A DNA stretch of 62,249 nt from the NCBI GenBank assembly GCA_002811645.1, contig PDIP01000075.1:1-62249 (forward strand), read 5' to 3'. A model generated the notes under the pieces. It was not told the origin of the DNA. It did not search any database and saw only the letters and a program-made list of their open reading frames with translations. This stretch comes from Corallochytrium limacisporum Hawaii. Taxonomy: Eukaryota > Protista > Pluriformea. Numbering within the stretch: the stretch's first letter is position 1; every line of letters begins with the position of its first letter. The position numbers were made by a program, and so were the translations under genes. Shown here one piece after another: positions 44,500 to 55,800 of this stretch.

Positions 44500-45135
44500 C
44501 GTGTCCCACTCCTGGGAAGGCCCACCCGCTGCACACACGTCCACCGCTCCATACTTTAAGGAAAGGCACAGGACAAAGGGGAGGCAGAAAAGGAAGAGGG
44601 GGATGGGGCACAGAAGACACTGGGGCCCTAATGGTCCGAACGGGTACAGGGAGGGGTAGAGACAAAATCCAAGCCTTTAAAAAAGACAAGGGAAAAATGA
44701 AAGGAAAGTAAAATGAAACAAAAATGGAGGACAGGGAGGGGGTAACCACCAACCGCCAGCACCGATGGTTGGGAAGGGAGGCCCCCCCCCCCGGGGCCCG
44801 ATTCTTTTCTTTTCGTTACGCAATCTCCCGTAGCGCAGCGCGGCCCGCGCAGCTTGAACCCCGGGAACTGTAGAAAAGCGATGGGCCCCGGTGTTTTGGG
44901 GGAGGGGGGAGGGAGGAGGAGGAGGAGGAGAAGGACTCCGAGTCGGGGTAGCGAAACCGCCGGTCGGGAAGGGCGCCCCGGGGGGGAGAGGGGAGGGGAC
45001 GGAAAGGAATTTTCCCTTAATTTTTGATGAAACCCACGGCAGGTCCTCTGTCCCATCGGTCTTTGTTGGAACGCTGGGCCCGCCCACTGGTCCGGTGCAG
45101 TTTGCTGGTCACGTTGGTGGGCTGATGGGCCACGG
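44500..45135. promoter_or_regulatory. GC island in the divergent gap between the fusion gene and the ROK kinase
   Basis: C11G4 (44782-44796), C4G7 (44976-44986), (GGA)n and G4-type runs. Confidence 0.5.
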
Positions 45136-45417
45136 TATTCCTCTCTATTTGCGTGCGTATTTTGGTTTTCTTGGGGGTTTAACTGTGTTTTTGGTGATGA
45201 CGGGCTATTGCGAAATTGCGTGAGCCGTGGGCTGGACATGCTGTGGGGGCTTCCTCGCCGGGAGGTTACTTCAGACATCGCACACTCACGAAACAACATG
45301 AAAGACCAGTACTGCGACTACAGTTTTATGACCAAGCAAAAGGAAGTTGCTTGCGGTAGATTGGTTGCGACCATTGAAAACTGTGAGAAAGGAGAAGAAA
45401 GCAACTCCCCAAGCAAC

Positions 45418-46335
45418 ATGGCCGAAGGTAAGAAACTCCGTCTGGCCGGCGTTGAAGGCGGTGGCACGTCATTCAAACTCGGCATCGCCGAAGGTAATGC
45501 TTCCAACATTATTGAACAGCACCAACTGCGCACAAAGTCACCAGATGAGACTGTCGAAGAAATTTTGAAGTGGCTCGAGGCACGCCAACCGTTCGACTCA
45601 TTGGGAGTTTCCTGCTTCGGCCCGCTCGACCTTAACAAGCGTTCCAAAACCTGGGGTTGCATCACCTCCACTCCAAAGAAGGCCTGGCAGGACTACAATC
45701 TGTTGCAAAAGTTTGTCAACATCCACGGACCTCGGGACATTGACACCGACGTAAATGCTGCGGCATTGGGGGAGCTGATCCATGGTGGGCACGGCGATGC
45801 ACAGAGCCTCGCGTACGTCACTGTGGGAACGGGCATCGGCGTTGGCTGTGTTGTGAACGGATCGCCAGTGCATGGCATGATGCACCCGGAGAGTGGGCAC
45901 ATGAAATGCCCCAAAGCGGATGGAGATACCTACGCCGGCTGCTGCCCGTTCCACGGAGACTGCATTGAAGGGATGGCGAACAGCCAGGCCATCAGCGAGC
46001 GAGCTGGTGTCACGATTGATCAATTGGGCGATTTGGATGATGACCACATTGTGTGGAAGTTTACGGCACATTACCTGGCTCATTTGTGCGTGAATTTGAC
46101 ACTGGCATACAGCCCGGAGGTCATCGTTCTCGGAGGAGGTGTACTGAATCGTGAGTGTCTGTTCCCGATGATCCGCGGGAAGTTCACTTCGCTGTTGAAC
46201 GGATACATTCGCCTCGCGAAACTAGAGGGTGGTGCGGCCCGGTTCATTGTACCATCGAAGCATGACCAGCCCGGTTTGGTGGGTGCCCTTGAGCTCGGAA
46301 ATCAGGCACGGTTGAACCAACAAAAGAAAGAATGA
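45418..46335 (+). CDS. ROK-family fructokinase (ScrK/GmuE-like)
   Basis: GVEGGGTSF, GVSCFGPLDL, ITSTPK..W, DTDVNAAALGE, YVTVGTGIG and Zn site HPESGH..CPFHGDCIEG. ATG at 45418 preferred; in-frame upstream ATGs exist. Confidence 0.93.
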   Translation: MAEGKKLRLAGVEGGGTSFKLGIAEGNASNIIEQHQLRTKSPDETVEEILKWLEARQPFDSLGVSCFGPLDLNKRSKTWGCITSTPKKAWQDYNLLQKFVNIHGPRDIDTDVNAAALGELIHGGHGDAQSLAYVTVGTGIGVGCVVNGSPVHGMMHPESGHMKCPKADGDTYAGCCPFHGDCIEGMANSQAISERAGVTIDQLGDLDDDHIVWKFTAHYLAHLCVNLTLAYSPEVIVLGGGVLNRECLFPMIRGKFTSLLNGYIRLAKLEGGAARFIVPSKHDQPGLVGALELGNQARLNQQKKE

Positions 46336-46494
46336 GCTCTTGCATGCACGGTCGGCTTTGTAGGAAGTCCAAAATCAAGGAAACCGCTTTCAGGTTTAAA
46401 ACGGTCCAAATTTAAACAAACTTAAGAAAAATTGCAGAGATGAAATTCTTCGATTCTTCTTTATGTGGCTATGTGCTAGTTTGTCTGTCTTCTC

Positions 46495-49400
46495 CTAGTG
46501 CGTCTTAACGGCCTGGCCCCACTTGCGCTGACGACTGTATTCCCATATTGCAATCGCAGCGCTAACATGCACATTCAGAGACCGCGTCATGCCCATTTGG
46601 GGGATTTCCACAAAGTCATCGACGTAGTTCAGCAAGTCTGCAGGGATGCCACGTTTCTCCTCGCCGACAAGCAGGATTGCACGTTCAGGCCAGCGATAGT
46701 CCGTGGCCATGACACTCGAGTGGGTCTGCTCTAACGCAACGACAGTGTACCCCTCCTGGCGTCGTGAGGTTAGCCAGGCAGGCAGCGCAGGTTCCTTTAG
46801 TTCCTCCAGCGGCATCCAGTACTCAGCACTGACACTCAGGGCTTGAAACTCGCGGTTCTCTGTGATCTGCGGACTGTTGAGCATCATCTTGCTCACGTTA
46901 AAGACTTCGCAGGTTCGTACCATACCACCCAGATTTGGTGCCTTGTCAATCAAACTGCTCACAAGGATCAATGGTTGCCGTTCGCGGGCACGTCCGAGAT
47001 CCTTCTTGCGAGCATACGCCGTAGCAGCATCCAGTTCTGTCAGAAATTGCCAGGGGGAGATCTTTTTTAGCATGCGCACAGTTTCCGTGCCTTCATGGCC
47101 AAAGCCGTCGTTGAGTTCGTCGGGTGCCTGTGGGATGTCGTGCAGGGCCTGCTCGGCGCCCCATTGGTCCAAGTTCAGCTCATCGAGATCAGCGGGACGG
47201 CCCTCCTCACGGAAACATTCTCGTAGGGCGATGTGGAGACGCTCGCGGACCTGCAAAGTTCCGTCGGGGAGTGAGATCGGCAGACGAAAGTTCGGTGCGT
47301 GCTCCGCCGCGCCGAAAAGTCTCACTAGGGCGTCGGACCAATAGAACCGCGGAATGTAATCGTCCGCGAAGCACTCCTCGGAAGTGGGGTACTCAAAGAA
47401 AATGTACTGTAGAGTACCACACTCTGGTTCGAGAAATTCGTTATAGAAATGATCCTGGCGTACGCGGAGACGATGTTTGAGGATCTCCTCGTTGCCTACA
47501 ATGCTCTTGAAGACCATCTGGTTTACGTTGCTTGTCGCAAAGTCATGGTTGTAAAATGGAGTATCCTGCTTAGATAGGAGACTACCCAGACGGCAGCAGA
47601 CGTCCTGCGCGAAGGTCCGAGTGGAGAAATTCTTCATCATACACTGTGATAGGATCGCTTCATAAAACTGACGTATCACTTCACTGGTGCTTCGGCAGGC
47701 GGTTTCGAAAGTTTCCGTCGTCTTGTCGGAATTCTTGAGACAGCGGTAGACCAGTGCATCAGACACTTGTCGTATAATGGTCGCACATCCAACGGAGTAG
47801 CTAGCTTTCAAACGTGATCGTGTTAGAGGCTCCACAAGCGCTTGCAGACCAACAGCAGGATTTGTCAGTATGATCTGCGTTGAAATCCACTCCGCAAAGT
47901 GACGCACGCTCAGCAAGTTATCATGTTCCATGATGTATTCTGTGCGCTTCAGCAACCGTTCCATCAGTTGACGGCCCAGCTTCGGATCAATTGCATCGAC
48001 TTCAGTGAAGGTCATAATGGGCGCCAACTGTTGGGCAAATTCATCCGTATCGGCGCAAAGTTGTCGCAAATGATCACGGGTCAGCAAGACACAGACTAAG
48101 GCGATTTGACAGCGCCTAATCTTTCGGTTATGTTCAGGATCATTGTTGTAACAGCGGTCAATCTTGTAGATTCCGTCTGGGTCATGTTCGCCTAGCAACG
48201 CTAGCGCAAGTTTCCACAGGAAACATGTAACATCCCGACTCTGTGGTAGAGTGGATACAAATGTTACAATGTATATGCGACACCAGCGATCGTCCAGGCC
48301 AAGTGGTTCGTATTTCTCTCCGAGGCCCTGGCTGTCATCGAAGGCCCGCACATACGACCGTGCATGCATATCCAGCGTTGTATCCTTCCGGACAGGGCCA
48401 TATTCGATCAGAGTTATGAGTTCGCGACTGATCATGTGGTGCGCCAACCGCAGAGCATGTCCCGGGTTGATTTTCGCGAGCTCTATGAGGCCCTGCACCA
48501 CGCTGGCAGCCACCAATGCGATCATACCAATCCTTGTTTCGCACAAAGCCAGGAGCTTCTTGAAGAATTTCCACTGGATCTCCCTAATCGCTTCGATCTT
48601 GTCCTCATCATCGTCCACGTACAGGCGAATGAGGAACTTTGGGCTGTACAAAACTTTCCCAAAGTCGTTGATGTACGTGATCAGATCAACGTGCCCAATG
48701 TTCTCGCGGATGACATTCCAAAGGCCAGAAATCAGCCGTTCAAAATCGTTCGCACTCACGTCCGTCTGTAGAAGCTCATGTAAGAACAGTTGCAACGACA
48801 ATAGTCCTTCATGTCGCAAATGCGTGAGTGAATCGGTGACAAGATCCATCCATGGGCCAGATGACTCACACACAGCCACAAAGCGCGCACTTGTGCTCCA
48901 TCTTTGAACTTGGAAGTCTGTCTGTAAAGCAGTTGTCAAATTTCCACTCTTGCCACCACTCCAGTCCGTTGGGATGGTGAAAATTTTATCTTCAGACAAT
49001 ACAAGCTCAAGACGATCGGCAAAGATCCATTTCCGCAGCCTCTCAAAATCACGATTGACACGAGACGTGTCATCAGTATAGGCCTGACAGGCTAACAAGA
49101 TGTTCCATCCCATCAAGGCCAGCAATCCTTGCCACGCGATATTGTGAGAGTCCCGTTGGTCCGCATCATGCCTATGAACGAAGTCGTCCCATGCACTTGC
49201 AAATTCATCAATGGTGTTTTCCTCGCTCCAGGCAAAGGTAACCTGCAAAACGTTCGTAGATACAACAGTAGCTAACAATGCATCAATTCGCGGTTCCTGT
49301 CCACCATATAAGTAGGACCATACGGCAGAAAAGATACTCTTTGCCTTTGGCCATAGGCGTATGATCGTCGACACATCGAATCTGTCCACAACTTCAGTCA

Positions 49401-51432
49401 ACATGACGAACCTTTGTTCCTGGCCGCTGGATTGAACATCAGCAAGAGACATCAAAGGATCCAGTTTTGCAAACATGTTACCAACTTCGTCATCTCGCAT
49501 GAACATCATGGCGAGAACAATGGTCCTGGCACTTAACACCCCGCCCCAATCACTTGCTGATCCATTGAGAGTCTTCTCCATTTCCATTTCCCACAATGAC
49601 TGCTTACTGTGGATGTGAACGGAAGCCATATTAGCTTGTTCTCGAATCTTGATAAAAAGAGGTGATGACCAAGAGAAGTCTTCTCGATCCACCACCGCAA
49701 AGAAGCTTATTAAATCCAGCGAATTTAGTTTCGACAGATTGAAGCGAAGCATAGCAGTAACAGCAAAAGCAACTATTGCCCGGCGCAGCGGCCGCGAACC
49801 GTACGCTGTGGCACAAACTTCACGCAAACTCGCCAGCATGTCATCTGTGAAGTCTAGGTCGCTAATATCCTTGGTACCAGCCGACATAGCACCGAGGAGG
49901 TATGTGGCGGGCACAGGCCCGAATTCTTTGTCAATCATAACACGGAGCGTTTGTCTGTAGATATCCTGAACGTTATCAACTCGCTCTTCCAGAGAGGCCC
50001 AGAAAGGACGAAAGGCAACACCAAAACCATCACGGAAGTCTGCTGTGTAGCTCTGGGTGTACACCGCACCCTGGCCAAGGCACGGTAGGATGTGTTCCAG
50101 GTACGTCTCTCCTCGCATGGAGCCAAGTTTGTGCAGTTGGACATCAGGATGTAGCATTGCCTTTGCAGTGTACGCTGTGCAGCGGACATTGATGTGGAAC
50201 AAGAATTGCACTAGCAGCAAATGTATCCAAAATTCGTCCAGTGAATCCTGGTCACCCCTTGTGCGCTTGGTCACCATCCTCAGAAACTTGTCTACTAGTG
50301 GCTTCAAAATATGAACCTGAGTGGAGTCTCTCTGATCGTAGATCACCCAGTACTCTTCCCACTGCCGTTGGTAGACCTTTGATTGCAATACTTTGAGGTC
50401 TTCTGGGAAGTGCGTGCACAGAGTGGCGTATACGTCCGGGTCACTTTGCTGCTCCAAGATACTGAAGACCTGCTGCATAATGAAGACACAACGCTTTCGC
50501 ACATTCATTGAATCGTGGCGTAGACCTTTCCAGACCATATCCCAGAAAGCATCACGATCATTTCGAAGGACGCAATTTTCACTTGACGGATCCAGGAAGT
50601 TCTTAATGTATGATGTAAATAGCGCATAACTATCTGCTGCCAACAAGTCGCTAGCTCCTTGCCATGCCTTCACGCTTCGCCAGACGCTTCCGGCGCTCAG
50701 ACCATTCTCATCTATTGCAGGCAAAAGCTTGGCACAAATTTCAATCCGAATGGCTTCATCAGAGTGAGCCGCAATTTCAAGCATATCATCATACAATGAA
50801 ATATCACTTTCCTCGGTCATCGACGCCGACATGCTGTGCTGGGAAACAAACCGTTCCACTGCCCTGAGAAACACCAATATATCTGTAAGGCTACTAACTT
50901 CCCGATTAGTCTGGTTGCCGTGACCGTGCTCTTCTGTCAATTGCTGGATGCCACTCATGTCCATGAACATGTCTCTATGCTTGGTAAATTCCTCCCTTAT
51001 ATTGGTCATCGTCATATGAATCATTTCACTCAACTGGAAAGCAATGTCGTCACGGAATAAGGAGCTTACAAAGTCTGGACCAAATTCTTTCCGTTCTGAG
51101 AGCCTCTTCTTCATCAGGGCATAAACAGTTAGTCGCACACTGTGCGACAAATAAACTGAATTGGTCTGAGGAATTCTTTTAGTGACCATGTCAACCAATT
51201 CCATGATTCCATCAGCTGTCGCGTCCTCGAAATCTTTGACCTGGCCATGGCACATGGCCATGGTGAGAGCTTCCAGCTGATCTTCATTGAGTGGATCAAA
51301 TGCTGATTGAGTGGAACATAGCATTCCTTTCGCGGCTTCCAGCTTCCCTTTGAAGCCATGGTTGGATTTCAAATCATAAAGACACAGAAGCACATCCATG
51401 CCGGCGGAGATACCGCTCCTCTGAACATTCAT
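46495..51432 (-). CDS. TARBP1: tRNA (guanosine-18-2'-O)-methyltransferase TARBP1/Trm3
   Basis: C-terminal SpoU/SPOUT domain (SLIDKAPNLGGMVRTCEVF, SVSAEYW, LEQT, GEEKRGIP, EIPQMG..RSLNVHVS) after a long helical N-terminus, with the KKISPW motif. Confidence 0.94.
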   Translation of the reverse strand: MNVQRSGISAGMDVLLCLYDLKSNHGFKGKLEAAKGMLCSTQSAFDPLNEDQLEALTMAMCHGQVKDFEDATADGIMELVDMVTKRIPQTNSVYLSHSVRLTVYALMKKRLSERKEFGPDFVSSLFRDDIAFQLSEMIHMTMTNIREEFTKHRDMFMDMSGIQQLTEEHGHGNQTNREVSSLTDILVFLRAVERFVSQHSMSASMTEESDISLYDDMLEIAAHSDEAIRIEICAKLLPAIDENGLSAGSVWRSVKAWQGASDLLAADSYALFTSYIKNFLDPSSENCVLRNDRDAFWDMVWKGLRHDSMNVRKRCVFIMQQVFSILEQQSDPDVYATLCTHFPEDLKVLQSKVYQRQWEEYWVIYDQRDSTQVHILKPLVDKFLRMVTKRTRGDQDSLDEFWIHLLLVQFLFHINVRCTAYTAKAMLHPDVQLHKLGSMRGETYLEHILPCLGQGAVYTQSYTADFRDGFGVAFRPFWASLEERVDNVQDIYRQTLRVMIDKEFGPVPATYLLGAMSAGTKDISDLDFTDDMLASLREVCATAYGSRPLRRAIVAFAVTAMLRFNLSKLNSLDLISFFAVVDREDFSWSSPLFIKIREQANMASVHIHSKQSLWEMEMEKTLNGSASDWGGVLSARTIVLAMMFMRDDEVGNMFAKLDPLMSLADVQSSGQEQRFVMLTEVVDRFDVSTIIRLWPKAKSIFSAVWSYLYGGQEPRIDALLATVVSTNVLQVTFAWSEENTIDEFASAWDDFVHRHDADQRDSHNIAWQGLLALMGWNILLACQAYTDDTSRVNRDFERLRKWIFADRLELVLSEDKIFTIPTDWSGGKSGNLTTALQTDFQVQRWSTSARFVAVCESSGPWMDLVTDSLTHLRHEGLLSLQLFLHELLQTDVSANDFERLISGLWNVIRENIGHVDLITYINDFGKVLYSPKFLIRLYVDDDEDKIEAIREIQWKFFKKLLALCETRIGMIALVAASVVQGLIELAKINPGHALRLAHHMISRELITLIEYGPVRKDTTLDMHARSYVRAFDDSQGLGEKYEPLGLDDRWCRIYIVTFVSTLPQSRDVTCFLWKLALALLGEHDPDGIYKIDRCYNNDPEHNRKIRRCQIALVCVLLTRDHLRQLCADTDEFAQQLAPIMTFTEVDAIDPKLGRQLMERLLKRTEYIMEHDNLLSVRHFAEWISTQIILTNPAVGLQALVEPLTRSRLKASYSVGCATIIRQVSDALVYRCLKNSDKTTETFETACRSTSEVIRQFYEAILSQCMMKNFSTRTFAQDVCCRLGSLLSKQDTPFYNHDFATSNVNQMVFKSIVGNEEILKHRLRVRQDHFYNEFLEPECGTLQYIFFEYPTSEECFADDYIPRFYWSDALVRLFGAAEHAPNFRLPISLPDGTLQVRERLHIALRECFREEGRPADLDELNLDQWGAEQALHDIPQAPDELNDGFGHEGTETVRMLKKISPWQFLTELDAATAYARKKDLGRARERQPLILVSSLIDKAPNLGGMVRTCEVFNVSKMMLNSPQITENREFQALSVSAEYWMPLEELKEPALPAWLTSRRQEGYTVVALEQTHSSVMATDYRWPERAILLVGEEKRGIPADLLNYVDDFVEIPQMGMTRSLNVHVSAAIAIWEYSRQRKWGQAVKTH

Positions 51433-51998
51433 TTCTGAATTATGATCCTTCCATCATCCTCTGTCCATCCGGGTATTCCTATACTCATTTTCAGCAATAG
51501 GAGTCAAAAACTTCGCTACGCTCAGAAAACCACAACAGATTCGTACGCATGGAAGTACATAGAAGTCCGAAGTACCTGCCAACTCTCGTACGACCAACTC
51601 TCGTACGAGACTCGACTACGGGTTGCACATGAAACACGCTCTCCACCTACCACGAGACCCGCCCTCCCAGGGTGCACGGTCGACAGCTAGGCCCCTGTTT
51701 AAAGATTATACATACGGATTCTGGAATTGGGGGTGGCGGGTAACGGCGGCCTCCCCTTGGAGACCCGTGACGGAGGGGGAAAAGGGGATCACAGATTGAG
51801 TTTGGGTGTGGACCTTGCCGTTGCGATCATCAAGCGTCGCAAATGTGTGGAATTATATGCAAATGACGTATGCTGTAGTGTGCATTGAAACTGGACACCT
51901 ATTCACAGCACAAGTAGTCAATCTTGTCGAGTCCAGTAGGAACAAGGGACGAAGAGTGTTGTGTGTGGCTGGTTTGCACCTAGGCATACTCGATAAAC

Positions 51999-52377
51999 AT
52001 GTCCGCGACTATGTCTGGTGAGCAGCTGGATCGATCATCTTCGAGCTTGATTAAGGAACCGTCGAAGATAAATGGTGCTCTTGATGTGGAATGTTTGGGT
52101 GACAAGAGTGAGGAAGCTCTCATTGTAGAGGAAGACGTTGCTGAAGACGCGATGATTGATGTTACACCTGAAGACATTGCAGAGTTTCAAAGTCAAACTG
52201 AAGCAGCAGGTGGCTGATCTTACTCATGCCACACGCAACTGGGAACGGAAGGTCGAACTCTCAAACTTGTCCCTGAAGGATGCTCAGAAGCAATGGAACC
52301 ACATTCGCAAGATGAGCACAATGGCACAGTCTGCCGGAGTCTCACATGGGACCACCATCGCTTTCCACCCTTTGTGA
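51999..52377 (+). pseudogene. Small acidic/coiled-coil gene split by a +1 frameshift at 52185-52188; could be recoding, a sequencing error or a pseudogene
   Basis: Overlapping ORFs 51999-52217 and 52156-52377 join into a ~125-aa product via gag TTT C aaa, reading EDIAE-F-KVKLKQQVADL. A GC island lies upstream. Confidence 0.45.
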
Positions 52378-52809
52378 AGAATCATCTAAGATAACATACT
52401 AGAACATTTACAATGCCGTTCGTCCACATCGGGGCCAACCATAGTGGGATCGCTAACCCCTACTTCGGTGACCCCCTTTCATATCCCGATCTCCACCACG
52501 GAGTCCTTTCCCTTTCCCGAGCCGGCGGGGGAGGGTGAGGAGGCGGGTGGGTCAGGTGCCTAGTGGTTTTGCGCGCGAAAGACTTGAACCGCGCACCCCA
52601 CCCGCAGGACGGTCTCTACTGTGAGACCCTCGTTTGACAATCAAGTTGCTTTGGAATACATTGGTCCTTGAAGGAGACTGGTCCTCAAATCTCTGTCCTA
52701 TGAACTTCATTGAGTTCGAATAGACTAACAGAAGAAGGAAGCAAGAATCGCATCGTACACTATGTGACTGTGTTTCCTTAGCTCAGGAGAGTAAGCCGGT
52801 GAAGCAGCC

Positions 52810-55800
52810 ATGACATCGACGCCGTTGACGCTGGCACTCATTCAGCAGGCCCTGGAGACCTGTGGCACTGAAAACCTCCCGAAGGTAGGACGCAGTCCAT
52901 CGACACGTCGATCTAGCAGGCTGGGTCAGAAGGCGCGAACCACATCTCCAGGACCTCCAGGTCCGACGGGGACTTTACAGTTCCAGAATGTATTGGAAAT
53001 TCTCATTTTAAAGAGATCTATGTGGCGACGACTGCAGGACTTTGAACAATTGGCCGCCCTCAGTCACATTAACAGATCTATTTGTGCGCAATGCGGTAAG
53101 AGTGACCAACCTCTGCACCATGACGTTTTCGTCTACGTTGCATTTATCAATGGGTCTGGTGCGCCGGATCCCTCTGACAGGAGCAATTTGGTCTCGTTCT
53201 GGCGAAGTGGCGGTATTGAAATGCTTCAGAAATTGCACAGCCGAGTCATCTGTGAAGGCGATGTCATTCAAATGACTCCAAGTCGATTAGATGTGATGCA
53301 AAAAAGGAACCTTGCCACTGGTGTACCCCCATTGTCGGTGCGTCATGACAACAGCCAACGAATGGGCAACACATCCATGTCGGTCATTGAGTGCTGTGAA
53401 CTCATCCACGAGTGTGTTAACCGAGTTTTGTCACTGAACATCTTTCCAGTACATGTCCCTGAGACATGTATGGCTACTTTCCTCCGTTCGCTTATGCAGG
53501 AAATGGAACGTCTGAATGTCATTTACAAAACGTCAACACCTGTCAAGTCGACGAAAAAGGATCTATCACTTACGGGAGTGAACGCCAACCACAGAGTTAA
53601 TCTAATGACCGCAATGGGTCGCATAGCGTACGAATTAAGTACCAACAGCCACCATAGAATACTGACAACATTCAGCTCCGCCTGCTTGTCTCCTGTTGTC
53701 AATCTGTCATCTACAACCTTGAAGGAGTTCCTGCTCGAAAGTCTTGACGTTGAAGAGCCACTTGAGAACACAGCGGCCTGGTTGTGCATGGTCAGTCTTT
53801 TCACCTATGCTGCGGATGACGAATCGGGGACCAACCAGCGGCAAGCGATTCTAAAGGCGTCAGATTTCAGTAAACTTTGGATCGTGATTGTTTCCAGTGT
53901 CAGTGACGCTATGAACGGCATCAAGAGAGGACAGAGTAGCAGGGAAGACTGCCTGTTCCAGAATGATGAAGGCATGAACCCGATCAGGCTCCTTCATCTC
54001 GGACTCTTACTGCTGCACTTGTTGTGCTCGCGTGAGGATCATAGGCGTTTGCTGGTGGAAGATTTTGAAATGTACGAGGAAATAATTGACACCCTGGATG
54101 TTTTGCTCCAGCCAGCTGTCGTTTATCAGATCTCAACCCATGCTGCGGTGCTTGATGATGTCAGTGAGATAGGGTTTGTAGCGCAAACGCTGCAAGCTTA
54201 TACCGATGTTGTTGTGACTCTTTTTCATCATGTACATCGTATGGTTGCCAACCGGCACAGTGCTCAGGGCAAGTTGCAACCCACTTCGGACAAAATAATC
54301 CAATGTTGTCGACATCTTAAACCCATGTTTGCGCTTCCGCTCCTTGACGTGGTGCCAAAGGATTTACGGCTCCAGAGCAGGGCCTGGATGGATCTCTTCA
54401 GTCAATATGAGTGGACTGAGGATGAGATAGAATCTGAAATCAGCTTCCTTTTAGCAGAGCTGAGTGGTATGCAAGAAGTGTCGGGCGGTTTTAGCAAGGA
54501 ATCTTTGCAGTCCTACTCTTGGGATAGTCTTGAAAGTGTTCTATCTCGTCTGCGCAACGAACGCAGGCACACGGTAATTCCCAACTCGAGAGGTTTCAAA
54601 GCATTGCTGGCAGCGAAGAGACTGGCACTTGCACAGGCAGATGACGTAATACAGGGCCTCAAAATTGACCTGGAGAGCAGCCAGGCGGCCGTGCAAGACT
54701 TGCAGGGACACCTAGACCGATCAAAATCGGACAACGAGGAGAGACTGGCTGAGCTAGAGCACCTGCGTAATGACCGCAGCGAAAAAGTTATTCGAGAGCA
54801 CACTAAACCATTGGAGCAAACCATTGAAGAAAAAACGAGGCAAATTGACAGTCTGGAGAAAGAGATGCAGAGGCTGACGATGGTGTCTGAGGAAGAGCGA
54901 GCTGCCCTTGTCGAGAGCATCACAGTTGAGAGCGAAAAACTGAAGCGAGAGACCGCGCGCTTACGGTGCCAGGCTGAAGAGGACGCTGAGACCATCGCCA
55001 CTCAGCAGACCGAGATTGGTTTTGCCAATCGACAGATGCAAGAGGCCCAGTCCGCCATGCAGAAGCAAAGAGCGGAATTGTGCAAAAAAGCCCGCGAGCT
55101 AGAGGACGAATTGGAGCAGGAGCGTGCGACCAACCAGCGTGCTCTAAAGCGTGTTCAGGACGAATTCGAATCTCATACTGAACGTTACGAGTTCAAGCTG
55201 CAAAATCAGAAGCAGCTAATGGACCTGGCTGTATTGGACCAGCGGCGGGCACTGGAGGATCTGGGGGAGATGAAGTTGTACACTGAGCAGCTGGAACACG
55301 AGTTGAGAGAGCAGAAGCGACTGACTGCAGATCAGGTCGCGGATGCCGAGTCCCAGGTGCAGAAGTGCGTGCAGCAACTCGACAGCCAGCGCATGATCCT
55401 CCAAGAGAAATCGGACCAGCAGGAACACTTCGAAATGATCATCAAAGACGCCCGCAGGGAGGCTGAAGCATTCAAAGCACAAACCGAAATTCTGACAGCA
55501 GAGCGGGAAGAGTTCCTCTCTCAGATCGGTGATCTGAATGGCCGTGTCGACGAAATGCAGATGGAGCTGGCCTCCTGGCACAAACTCACCGAGAAGAAGG
55601 ATGCAAGCATAACGCAGCAGAAGGCCGACATTGCTGGTCTGAAAGATACAATCGCAGGGCTGGAAAGGCAACTGCTCGACACACAACACCGCCTTGAGGG
55701 TGAGCAAGTCATCCGCATCCAACAGGGCAAGAAACTGAAGGAAATCGAAGAAGCCAAAGCCCGAACTGACCGAGTCCTCGCCGAGAAAGGCAAAATGCTC

